Shown here piece by piece: positions 12,681-25,700 of a stretch of DNA of 64,000 nucleotides. A program made the position numbers and the translations under genes. The stretch's first letter is position 1; each line of letters begins with the position of its first letter. Location: positions 8,868,001-8,932,000 of the forward strand of contig CM119372.1 of the NCBI GenBank assembly GCA_051294905.1. Reading direction: 5' to 3'. Below the pieces are notes generated by a model. The model made no database searches and was not told where the DNA came from. It was given only the letters and a program-made list of their open reading frames with translations. This stretch comes from Botryllus schlosseri. Its lineage: Eukaryota.

Positions 12681-14298
12681 TCACGTCGTAAATATTTTTA
12701 TCACTTCCCTAACCCGGGTCCCACAAATCACGCATCTTTGCTTTGCTTTCCCGCATTCGTAACAGCAGCACAAGTGACCGCAATCTAAGAACAAGCAATC
12801 ACGATTCCGCCTGTTACATGACATACAACGGGTTTCGTTTATTGCTGATTGCAGCTGATCGCGTAGCGGCGAGTCGCTTTCTACATTACCACAGGATCTA
12901 CCCTCTGCCACGCATGATATCGGTGGATTCCGTATTGTTTCATGACATTCGACTTCGGCGTCTTCCATTGGCTGGGGATCGAAGGTAATCCCACTTTCTT
13001 TTCTAATGATGTCATCAATAAGTTCTCTGAGGCTGCTGTGATAACAGCCCGTTGACCTGTACTTATCCGATAATATTTCCTCAATAATTGATCGATCAAA
13101 ACCGAATTGTTCTGCTTGCGATACTAATTCCGCCAAGTCTTGATCAATATGACTTTGTGATGCAGCTGCTGGCGACCGGCTGAGTGATGGCGATAATTGC
13201 ACGTTTTGTGGCCTGTGAACAGCGCTGCTGGGCGGTGACCGCGTAATTGGCCGGGCATCATATTGCATTTGCGGGGGTGGTGACGGAATCGTCGGTCGCG
13301 TTAAATTCGGATATCTTGCATTCAGATTTGCAACGTAATCGGGTCCCATTCTTGACAGAACGTATTCGCATCTGCAAAAAAGACCATCGGGTTTACTGAC
13401 CAGGCTCAATATGTTATTATCGTTTTTTCTTGCGTTTGAGATTATGGTCTTAGCTACTTCAGCTATACGATTGAAGTGATTGCGAATACTTACTGTGGGA
13501 AATATTTGGCATGCTCCTCCATTGGGTCGTCACCTGCCACCCAATTCTGCAATCCTCCATTGCAGTAAAAGCATTTACATCTGTCTCTTTCACCTGACAA
13601 CGAATAAAAAATTATTGGTTAGCTGAATTTGTCGGTTGTAATGACTGCATATTCATACATACCCAAAAAAAACAATCCTGCGTCGGCTAATTTATCTGGG
13701 CTCAGTATGTTGTGCTTGTTCCAGTTTTTAAAGGTTGAAAGCCTTTGCGACTTTTCCGTATATGTTGGAGAAGTTGGATTTGCACAGTTGAAGATATCCG
13801 TGAAGAGACTGTAAAAAATTAAATATAAACCATAATTGCCAGCCAATTCCTATGGTCAAATTTGTCATCTTACCCATGGTTTGCTGATAGTCCGCCTTGA
13901 AAACTGGTAGGTATACCAGATGTTGACACGCTTCCGCTTCTGCAAAAACAATTATGCATATGTGAATATGAGTTAAGAGCAAGATTTGAATATGCTAATG
14001 CGGATCGGACGATGTAATGCTACAGGTGTCTGCGAATTCTCGAAATATGTAGCGATGTGCAAAATATTCAATGATAACATTTCTTGTAATGCTCATTACA
14101 TCATTTAACTTTACTGGTCAACAACCCTTGTGTTGTCTTCAACTTGGAGTAGGCTACATTCATAATTTGAGCTTACCCATTCACAGCATGAAGCTGCGAC
14201 CTTCTGCTGTCCGGCTGAATCATCCCAGTTTCACAAGGCGAACTATCATAGAGAACTTGGCACGTATTTTGCTGCGATTCTACTCGTCCCAACTCCAT
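12681..14298 (-). CDS. Inhibitor of apoptosis protein (single BIR + UBA-like + C-terminal RING), 5 exons: 14298-14177, 13939-13874, 13808-13663, 13593-13494, 13371-12681
   Basis: Phase-compatible GT-AG introns. [11 protein letters not shown]...[47 protein letters not shown]-like: [19 protein letters not shown]...[60 protein letters not shown]. Confidence 0.92.
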
Positions 14299-14370
14299 AT
14301 ATACACTATATAATAGGTACAAAGAATACCTTCGATCAAGCCCGGTCGCATCACCGAAATGGTTACCAAA

Positions 14371-14524
14371 TTATATACCCGGGGAATCACCGCGTAGTCG
14401 CGTTCGCGTACACTGGGCACTCGGCAAGCGACGCATATCTTGTTCAAAGAGCGCTGTTTCGACAATTACGTCACATGACTCTGTACATTCTCTACAAATA
14501 GACAGAGATTCCCTCCTAATTCCC
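14371..14524 (-). promoter_or_regulatory. Putative IAP core promoter: TATA box plus kappaB-like sites
   Basis: TATATAA on the minus strand at 14371-14377, about 75 nt upstream of the ATG. GGGGAATCAC at 14381-14390; GGGAATCTCT and GGGAATTAGG on the minus strand at ~14504-14524. Confidence 0.35.
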
Positions 14525-16779
14525 GCTCAGTTTCAGGCGGTGACTGCACAAGAATAAATACCGCTTTCTGTCTGCTCTACTGTACACAGTGCCGGCAAAA
14601 TATCTTTACGATCACTCGGCGAAAACATACAAATAAAAATTGTACAATGTACAATGTACATTGTACAAGTTTTTAGCTTGTCATAAAGAGCTTTGCGTCA
14701 AGAACAAACGCTTATAGTATTTTCGTTCGAAGTCAGTGTAAAGAAATTTTTGTCGACACTATACTATCTGAGTTGCAACACATATATAAAATATTCACCG
14801 TTGATGTCAGTTAAGTAATATATGTTGCAAACCACGGACATTCAGATTTACCTAGGCTACAAGATATATTTGAGGCAAACAAAGCACTCAATTACATTTT
14901 CGAATGTCATTGACCAATGACCATGCTTCCATCATAACACGAGAAAGTTGTGAAACCTAGCTAAATCATTTTGCAAAATATTGGTGCAATTTGTGTGGTT
15001 TAGGGAAGACAAGTGCCTCAACTGTTGCTGGATAACCACATTCGATTGATAAGCGATTGGCCTGACAATCCGACAATGGCAGCGCAGAGAAATGAAGAGC
15101 TTGCAGCTCTCGACTTCACGAACCGCCTGTGTAGTATGAAATGTGAAGCTGCGACGGCCAACGTACAGTGCAGAGAAAATACCTTCTCTCTGATGTAGCT
15201 CTTATGTATTCCCATACCTAGCCTCAATTGTGAATAGGCCTACGTGTACGTATAGTAGCCTGCGTAAGTGCGTATGAAGAGTGGTATTGAAGTATTGTGA
15301 TAACCATAACAAACAAGTCATCAACTGAGTCACGTAACTGCTAACCGTTTTGGTTATATTATATTTGCGAATCTGATTAGCGGAATCTGTCTCCCCAATC
15401 GTGCACCTCATCACACGTCACTGAAGATAAGTAGCCTATTTCATAGTCAAATTTCCGTGGCAAAGATACAGCTCGATTGATATGATGATGACACCTCGAT
15501 ATCTATATCCGTCAACTATGTCCAATCTATATCTTATCTCTGCGACATATGGCTGCAACGAGCCTCATGCCCCTAATAGGGGAAGAGCAAGAAGGTAGAA
15601 TGGTGACGCAACCAATATTACCACGGGAGTACTAGGGAGTATAGGTAAATGGTAAATAAGAAACCTCTCAACAATGTGGTGACGCCCCGGAGGCGAAATC
15701 GAACATTTCAGAGGGAAATAAATAATCCAAAATCAACTTTGTAATTGGTCCTTATCCAAGTCTATTTGAATGGCGAATATACAATATAGAATTGCGAAGC
15801 ACAGTGTTTTACTTTCCGGGCAGTTTTTCCGCATTGAACTTATGGAAAAGTCACTACGGGTAAAAGAAAAAAAATGTTATATCAAGTGCAATTTTGTCTA
15901 CGACCGTTTTCAGAAGTTTCCAGTTTTTTTAAACTCCATCTAATCGACACACCACAAGATTGTAATACACATATATGCCAGTACGCCAACACTCTTCTAA
16001 GTACAAGCGTGAACGACTGAACGTAGACACATGCGCGGTTACCGTTGCCAGTTAACAGCTCTGGAATGTATGTATCTAAAATTATAAATGGAAAGTGTCC
16101 TCGGGGGACGCCTAAATGTCCTTCCTCTTTTTGGGGAATTTGTCCTCTTTTTCTCTGAAAAGGATCTAAATGCCACGAAAAATGCGACTCCGACGCGGCG
16201 ACGAACATCAGAGTTTCGTAAAAAATCGGGAGTCGGGTCAAACTGATGACCTTTTTTTTAGTCAACACAATACTATCGTTCGAAATATTCTGTTTCACGT
16301 TGTCAGTCTTGAACCAGTATGACATCACAATCACTAAACAATAAACATGGCCAGTGGCCACTAATCAGCGCGGCATCATATTACATTACCGAAGGATATG
16401 TCGATCACTTCATTTCGCGTACAAATGAACAACAACCTCATCCGGAGATTGAGATTGAACTGCTCAGTCGAATCTCGCTAATTGGCGGTATACTGATAAC
16501 AAATTGCTGAATTGCAAATGAATAGGAAATTACTGTAGGTAGATACAATAAGCATTTTATGGACGGGGTTTCGATTAAGAATGGGAGGGGTTCCGACACC
16601 AGAACGCCCTGGCTACGCCACTGATAGATCTTTCATAAATATACGGAACGGTGGCTTTGAGACTTGAAATTACACCATTAGTCAAATTTCCAAGTATTAC
16701 TCACAAAATGAACGAATGTCAGCATATTACTCATCTCGAGAACTAAAATTTCAAGGTTAATATATGGCATAAATACAAT

Positions 16780-17213
16780 CAGTGGTGGCCTTACGAACGG
16801 GGTGGGGGGTGGGGTGGGGCTGGGCGAGACTTACCGGGGGCCCCCTATAAGTATCTAACAGTAACTTCTGGGGAGCCCCCCAGACCCCCTTTCCCCCGGT
16901 AAGGTTTGGCCAGGTGCTGGATTCGGCTATGTATATTATTGCATGTGTCTAAGGATAGACTACATCAAGGCTAAGTAATTCTACCGCAGGCAGAGACGTG
17001 TTGATCATCGGGATACGGGACTTTTCTAACAAATGCAGAGATTTGATGATGATTGACACATCCGTATAGAATCATATTCTTGCTTGGTACACGGATTTCC
17101 ATGTTTATTCGTTATTATCCTTAAAAAAGAGCATAATCCGAATAGGGGGGCCCTTCGACCAGGGGGGGGGGGCGGGCGACCGCCCACCTCGCCCACCCCA
17201 AAAGCCACCACTG
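16780..17213. mobile_element. hAT-type MITE with G/C-run subterminal motifs
   Basis: TIR cagtggtggc...gccaccactg; TSD aatacaat on both sides. Confidence 0.85.
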
Positions 17214-19006
17214 AATACAATCTACTTTTAAAGTCGCTCTTGAAAAACAAATTTCTTGGTCACTCTTGGTAATGGTCACTTTCTCGTATGAACGATATTC
17301 ATAAATTCACGAAAAGTAAGAGTGGAGATTTTAGTCCCTCGTCTGCATTTTGTAATTGATTACAGGGGCCCAGCACTTTGAATGTGATGTGGTCTCAAAT
17401 TATAGTTGAATGTGTGAATATCATCCAAAAGTCATCATATTCCAACTGTAGATAAGAAAATTTATCGAAATGTAGGCCTACAGCTGCACTTCGTCTATCT
17501 CAATGGCATTGAGGTGAAGCGCCAATGCATCTCAGCCCTTTCCGTCCAATACGAGCAGCAGCCAAGTAATGCGTACCAGATATTTCAGATAGGGTTAAGA
17601 AAGAATGAAGCGTGATCCCGATACCACAGCGAAGATGGTACATTCCTTTTGGATGTAGTTCGACTACGATGGTTTCTGAGGATATAGGGGCTGCTTCCGA
17701 AAATGTTTATTACAGTTTAACTATAATTTGAGACCGCATCATATTTAGAGCGCAGTCCCCCTTTCACTTTCGCGACGGCCAGCATGTAGTCACTAGTCAC
17801 TATAAATTTACAGAAAGTAAACGAGGGAAGTTTTCGGACAATTCGGACATATTTAAAACTAACTTTTATAACTTTGATGAAGATCTAAGCGTGTACGAGT
17901 AAAAGGGATAGAGATGTGCTGACTGATCTGAGTTTTTCGAGATCCGAATCCAATCCGGATATTGTTTCCATCTGTGAATTGCAGATCCGAACCCACAAAT
18001 ACCATATGTTTACGCTAAAGCATAAATCCTAATTATACGACTTCAAAGGAAGCAGGCGTAAAATCTTATTCATATAGATTGCAATCACCGAATCTAGTGC
18101 TGATGCGGATCCAGTAGTTCGGAGTAAAATGAAATCCCGGGGTGTGTCGTCCTGTTCCGAAAAGTTGGCCGTGTTCCCGTCCTGCTGGAATCCTCCTGTA
18201 GCGTACAAACTAGGTACGTAATTATTTTGTCGTGAGCGTTGTTCATAGCTAACCAAGCAAGTAATTGTAATATTACAACAGGGCGTTAACGAATAGCAGA
18301 AAGCTGATGTGATGTTTCCATCGAGTTATTATTTATGAAATGATTACGAATCACTGCGCTGGGGTATTGGAATTGCGGTGGAATTACCAAATATGGTGAG
18401 ATATATTGCTTATATATTCGGGTATCCCACTTAAATTTTACTGACTACATTTAACGAGGGAGGGCAGCGTAAGTGGGACTTTGAAATTGTCGCGTTAAAG
18501 TTCCCGCACGTTTTATATTCTACTATAGCTTTAGTTTTGTCGTGGCACAGAGGCAATAAATGTGAATTGTCAGATCGCAATCCCAAGAGTATATTGATAG
18601 TATACCATCGCACAGTCAGTCCTGCCATGATCGTCACAGTCCCCGACCTTGCACTGTATAGAACTGCATAATATATTACTAATTCTCTCTTTTCTCGAGA
18701 TGAAAACTTTGCATATTAGAGTAGTGGTGTTTGTTTTGATGTATGGATCCACAATCACGTTATCTGGTCACATTAAAAACTGGTAGGTAGTTTCGGGTAA
18801 TTCCCATTATTAATAAGCTTTATATCAATTGTATCTTTCAGTAAAGTTCTACTCCGGCATCACTACCGTCAATGCGGGAACGACTTTGAACCCAGCAGCA
18901 AAATGGTATCACCGGGATTCGTGAGATACGAAGTGAAAATGTATAGTGATAGCTTTTTGCTGATTCTTGAAATTTTGGTCAGCACAGCTGTTGTACAGAG
19001 TTGTAA

Positions 19007-20004
19007 GGGGTAACCAAGTCACAAGGTTCCGAGTAACAAGTCAATCTCACTTGAATGGTTTTGACTGAAGTCAAGTCGAGACATTTTTAATTCAGCATCG
19101 AGTCAAGTCCAAGTCGGGGAGCAGAGGGCCAAGTCCAAGTCACTGTGTTCACTGTTCAGTTTCGAGTTCAGGTCTTGTTCAACTCACTTTTTTACAACTC
19201 TGCTTGGATGGCTCTTACTCATTATATACTAATTTCCTCTCTCCAGTTTGTGGCCTTATTTTTCAAGTACCAGTTCTGATGGACGAAATACGAATAATGT
19301 GGTATATCATTCTTCGAAGTTACAATAAAATAAATGCCTTCTTGGCCATCCGAGTCTCGAGTCATACTTGGTGGAGTCATGCGCGATGACTCGAGTGTCG
19401 ATTTGATAAACAAATTGACTCAAGTCGAGTCGAGTCATTTTCCGTATTTTAAGAAAATGACTCGAGTCAAGTCGAGTCATCAAAAAATCGAAACTCGGGT
19501 ATCTACAACCCAGCAGCCAGGGTTGTAACCAAGTAACAAGTCAAACTCACTTTTATAGGTTTGACTCGAGTCAAGTCGAGTCATTTTCAACTCACCACCG
19601 AGTCAAGTCCGAGTACAAGTCATTGTGTTGACTGCTCAGTTTCCAGTTAAAGTCATGTTAAACCCACTTTTTATAACTCTGTTTGGTGATATCGAATGGT
19701 TCGTAGTTATAATATACTAATTTTTCACACTTTTAGTACTTCCTGGTGGCATTTTCAAGTACCAGTACCTATAGACGAGATCCAATAGTGTGGTTGCTTT
19801 ACTATTTTTCGAAATTACAATGAAACATCGGTCTTGGCCGTCTGAGTCTCGAGTCATGTGCAATTACTCGAGTCCAAGTCGAGTCAATACACAGATTGAC
19901 TCGAGTCGGGTCATTTCCGTAATTTGAGAAAATGACTCGAATCAAGTCGAGTCATCAGAAAATCGTGACTCGAGTCGGACTCGAATCGAGTCATTACAAC
20001 CCTG
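19007..20004. mobile_element. Two adjacent copies of a GACTCGAGTC-rich MITE (cagggttgtaacc...ttacaaccctg)
   Basis: ~19007-19512 and 19518-20004 are colinear. Further copies or fragments at ~11880-12477, ~24805-24900 and 50143-50373. Confidence 0.75.
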
Positions 20005-22788
20005 CCTGCAGCCATGCACTTCTCAATTCAAAACTCAGCTCGTTGTTATAAGGCTAGAAACAAATGCACAATGTTATACTCAATGAATATGCACGAGAAG
20101 GTTGTCAAATAGTCGAAACGACTTCGCAATGTTGATCAGCCTAACCTAATATATAGCTATCCTGGCCACCAGTATACGTAAATAATGCCCCGAATATCAG
20201 CGACATTGCTAGGCTAGTCTTCCCTTTCTGTGTTGCTCGTCGTCTTCAAACTCCAATAATATCACACTTTTTTACTTTCAAGTCTCTTTTCGTTTCGTGC
20301 ATCCAACTTCGGGTTGTCAACTTCGAGTAGACTACGACATACTCATTTTTCTGTATTGGAAGTGGATACCACCTCATCCCAATGCAATTTCGCATTTGAT
20401 AAACGAGATTGAATCGTGTCGCTCCAGGCGTCCACGTTACGCGATTAGAAAGACTTCAATGACAGCGTCGAAGACTCGAAGCCGCAGCGCGTGCTTGAAT
20501 GCTGCCGTGTGTGTATGACGACGCTAGGCAGGCGCGATTCTCTCGGTTTGTTGTGTCTCGAGAGCCAGTGTACTGTACTTCCAACTTCAAGCGATTAGCT
20601 GAGTTATAGCGATATACTGACGTCATTCTTCGTAAACAAAATCTGGAATCGTGCACAATAGTACAAAAATGTATGAATATCGGGTATATGATGCAGGGGA
20701 CACTATTTCGGCAGCATGCGTATAGCTTAATACTTGACGGAACTATATTTCCCGGATGTGACGTATGAAGTGAAATATAGCTCTGCGACTTCCTATTCTC
20801 CGGACGAACTTATAATTCAATGAATAACTCTAACTTGTGGCTGTAATTGTAGCATGGCTGTAATTAATTGTAAAACTACCCTATCCTACCGTTATTGACG
20901 TTCTGGTTGGAATGAAGACAATATAAATTGGTGCGACGAAAATCATGAAAGGGTGGCCACCAGTCCAGATGATGTCATTCTATTTCTGTTACTAATTTTG
21001 TGGCGGGTTGTGTGATGTGCACTGTTCGGTAGGCTTACCATACCTTCTCTTTTAAGAGGATTTGTCCTCTTTTTTGACTTTTTTGAAAGTGTCCTCGGAG
21101 GACGTCCTTATGTCCTCTTTTTTGAGACCTTTTTTTTTAGTCTTCCACCCGACAATGTGGGTAGTAAAACGGTATTTTGAGCTCTGAGCGAAAAGAAGAC
21201 CTTTTTTTAGTCTTCCACCTGGCAATGTGGGAAAAATTCTCCGGTTTTGCAAGTCTGAAGTTTCTGAAAAAGTGTCCTCTTTTCAGATTTCCAAAATATG
21301 GTAAGCCTACTGTTCGGAGGTGGTCAAAGTGTTCACTTTTGCTACTAAAGTAAAAGGATAAGCACCGGATATTACGATTATCATTGTCAACGGCTCTGCT
21401 CGTAATAATAATCGTTTTAGGTACTGTCACAAAAATGATGATATCGAGCCCAGCATGATATACTGCGCCACGCCGCTAGACGACGCGTGCACTCACCCAT
21501 CTACCAGAATAATCATGGAACAGACAATATACGGACCGGAAGCCATCACTATTGGAGTGAACATTACCAATAGAGGATCAGACATCGCGACGCTGCGGAT
21601 CCCTCAAGCCTACAGATGCATCCACGTATAATGGACAAGCCAGCTATCGACAAATTACTGTGTTATCTGTATAGCCCATTCCAGCGTTTCATTACTCAAG
21701 TTCACTATAACTATCGGTTTTTAGTGCAAGGTCGTGGTATATGTACAGCATACGTAAAGACTTGATGGTGCAAATCTTTCCGAAACGTTTCAAGCGAATG
21801 TATTGGATTTAGAATTTTAATGTGATCAATAGAGTAAATTCCAACGCCAAATAAATTACTTTTATGCACACCGTGAACAGGTCACTTCAGGGAACACTTT
21901 TTCGCAACAATATGGTATTCATTCTAACGAAAGTTTAATGTATCGTTCAATTGGCTTATACAGTTTTTCGGTGCGAACAGTTTGTATCCATCACCATGAC
22001 GACATCATAACGAATAGTCCACTCCTCGAAGTAATTGAGGATATTGTACGCTCTGTCTCTGTCTGTAAATTGCATATATATTATAATAAGTAGAGAAATA
22101 TATTCTTTAAATATATACTTTCCGTGCTATGTACGTTCGTATTTGAACATATCAGAACCAATGCGATGAAGCATACGTCCAGGACCAAACGGTGACCTTC
22201 AATATTTTTCAAAAAGAAATGTGTCTGGACCTCTGACTCATGTGATATTCTCAAAGATTTCGGTCGTCCTACCTACACCATAAAATTTACTGAAATTCGC
22301 ACGAAAACGGCCAGCTCGAGACTTCAGGCTTCCGGATAAGCGAACATCTGATAAATAAGACTCTCAATCGACCGTTTATTTCATTTAACCCTATTTGAGC
22401 GCCTGGCCTACTGGGAAGCTCGTGGTGATGCCATGATCCCCGAAATAAGGGGCACTGGAGACTGAAAAAGCCAATACGCGCTCCTGTTTTACAGGGAATT
22501 TGTGAGTGTTATTGAAACAACTATGAAGATTTTCTTAAATAGATTGTATCCACCATCACAATCAACATTGACAACATTGATCATGAACTTTCGCATAATT
22601 GTTTTCCATCGTAATATCAAGAACGCCATCAGTGACTACACCACAGCATTGAAGTACAGACGTTGAAAAGTGACAATAGCGCATACGTTTATCACTTCGG
22701 CGTACAAGTGCCGTAGAGCCAATCATTGATTGGTAGTCTCGTTGATGATCCATTAGTACCACGCTCTGAGAAACTGCTATTCGTTCAG

Positions 22789-25700
22789 AGATTTGGTAGA
22801 GGCAGGCAAATCTTTGACCGCGTTCGCCATGCGATTTTACGAGGAATTGAAGTGCAGATTAGATCGCCAGGTTATTAATGCAGTGAAAATGTGTCCTTGA
22901 CCCTGAAAAGAATCATTATGTTTCAAGAATTCTTCAAACATATATATCTGTGCTTGTTGACTTTGTCTTTTAGATTTGCAGTTTTTTGTGTTGATTTCGT
23001 ATGATAGTTATCTTTATTTTGAGTGCGCTCTGAATAATGAATGCACGATTTATGTATATGCCTTATATTGGGCCGCAGTACCCTTATCGAATGCCAGGCC
23101 AGCCTTCGTACTGCATGCCTTACGTCCAGACAGGTTAGTGTCGAGTAGAGAACTGTTTCCGCCCTATCTAAATCAACTTCTTGTAGATTTAGGGGTCCCG
23201 CTCTACTACGTCAATTCCTATCCTCAGATGCCAGTTATACCATGCGATCCATATGGTTTCAATCAGCAGTCAATGCCCCTAATGCTCCGACCACCATTTC
23301 ACCAGTTTCTACCTCCTCCGCCACCGTTCGCGCAGCAAAACAGTTCTGTAGCTGCCGCCGCGAGATACCCTATTGTACCGGGAAGCAACCAATCGTTGAA
23401 TCGCCAAGTGCCGAATGGTATATACTGGAACACGCATGCCAATAATTTTCCAATGATTCGACTGGCTCTTTAGAAAATGCGCGCGGGTCTAACAGCACCA
23501 AGCCTGGAAAGACGAAGAAGGCGAAATCTGCTAAGCAGGATTCAAACACCGACTGGCACAGCAAGACCGGCACATTGAAAGCGCCCGGCAGTCGCCCGCG
23601 AGCTGATACATCAGTACTCCGTCGCTCAGGTCACAAGAAGGTGAGGATATGAAAATACGTTTTGTCATAAGAACGATATTTGTGTTGGATATCTATCAGC
23701 CCTCGTGAACTGCGGCTTTTCATCAAGCTTAGGCTTGAGTAAGAATATGTATAAGGCGCAGAGTTAGAAGTTGTTGCCTTATCAGCTGATTCTGTGCATA
23801 GGTTCTGTGCCATTCAATTTTGTTTTCAGTAAGGCATACTTCAATCTATCGTTAACAATCCGTTACTGTTTTCGTAGAATAAAACAAGGAAATCTAAAAG
23901 AAAAAAAATTCACTTGGGGCCACGTCCGGCAGCTAGTAAAAATACAAGTGAATTGAGCAGCATCAACACCGACAACACGCCATGTAGGTTTGCTGATAGG
24001 CCTATACCGGAATTGGAAATTGTTTGAAATCAGTCCGCGATTCAGTGTGTTCCGATTCGGCAAACCGAGAAGTCGAATTCGAGGATGAAGACGCAGATTA
24101 CGAAACATGCGAGGAGTTGGAAGAAATGCATCCGGAAACCACTTCTGACCCGATGAATCGTGGACGCTCTCGAGAAAAGGTAAATGGTTTAATATATTAT
24201 ATTGAGTCTTTATACGGATACGTAGAGAGGTGGTTCTCAATTAGGTGGTTCTCAATTTAAAACAAAAATCAATTTAAAACAAACATGTTCAAAACAAGTC
24301 CCTTTTTTAAAACATGTTTGTATTGTCTTTTTTCAAGACGTGACGTCACGAAAATTCAATTAATACGTCACGGTGCATTGACATTGACAATTGAAAATAT
24401 AGGGTAAATACAGCTCCTTTGACGAAATATCTGTACTATTGCTGTTGAATCGACTATATTGAGAGTTCTAACCATCCCATATCGATATACGTCGGCAATA
24501 TTGGTAATTGTCCGTAGGCTTATATACAACATGTTTTTGGAGTGTAGCTACACAATTATGGCATAATTTTACAACTTAAAAAAAAAAAAAAAAGGCCTTC
24601 GTTTTGAACACTGTTTTAAACATGTTCTAAACAATTGTTTTAACACACGGTTTGTTTTAAATGCAACCTATTCTCAATGATGATCGAAAGAAAATTTCAT
24701 TTCATTTCATTGTATGTTACAATTGTATGATGTCTGCCACGAAGACGTCTATTTCTTAACCGAACTGCAGTAAAAGTTGATATCAATGCACGTAAATGCA
24801 GTGTTGAGGTGACTCAAATCATGACTTGACTCGAGTGGCGATTTCTGACTTGACTTGACTCTAGTCTTTTCGCCAAATTGACTTGACTTGGTCGAATCCT
24901 GGGTTTATACTGGTTTCCGCTTACGTTTTCCATGCGGTTAGTTTCATCTAAGGTTGCATTTAAAACAAAAATCAACGTAAAACGAACATGTTTAAAACAC
25001 GACCCTAAACACGTATTTTATTGTTTTTATTTTGTGTTTTTTAGCCCTGACGTCACGAATCCTTGAGTGGCGTCACAGTGGATTGACATTGACAATTTAA
25101 AATATAGGATAAATATGGCTCCTTCGACGAGAAAGGCTTCATACCACTGCCATAGACAGACCAAAAATACATTTAACCGGTACTACATCGGTATGCGACA
25201 TGGGTATGCCGTACGCTCATATAGTCCACTGCATGTTTTTTCCAAAGTATATTTACACAATTACGGCATCATCATACAGCGTTCGAACATAAAAGCATTT
25301 TAAACGAAGTGTTTATAAACACCGTTTGTTTTGGATGAAACCCTAGTTCCATCAGCATAGCAACATAAAAAAAAAACAGCTTCAGCATTTCAGCATTTTA
25401 TTAAATTGTGAGTTACGAAAGAAATACAGTTAAAATCATGATAGGTTTATATCAAATCAGAGTTCATTCTCGTGCTCAGGAACATGAAGGCCTCTGTATA
25501 TATGTACACTGTACAGTCGGGCATTTCAAAAATGACTTTTTCTCAAATCGTATTGGCTACTTGATAAAATTGTTAGGTTACCTAATTTCAGCCTACACAC
25601 AAAATTAGGTTCAATTCCAGCCAGTGGAAGCGGAGTTATTGCCGTCGAAAATTTGGATTTGAATAAAATAGTATTTACGGTGAGCACAACTATAATAAAT

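Noticed and set aside
12681..13409. ORF-track start at 13409 for the RING protein
   Set aside because: The first residues are intronic; the true exon begins at 13371 and splices to the BIR exons.
15882..16361. 159-aa minus-strand ORF
   Set aside because: Overlaps a GTCC-rich repeat fragment and has no recognisable motifs or splice support.
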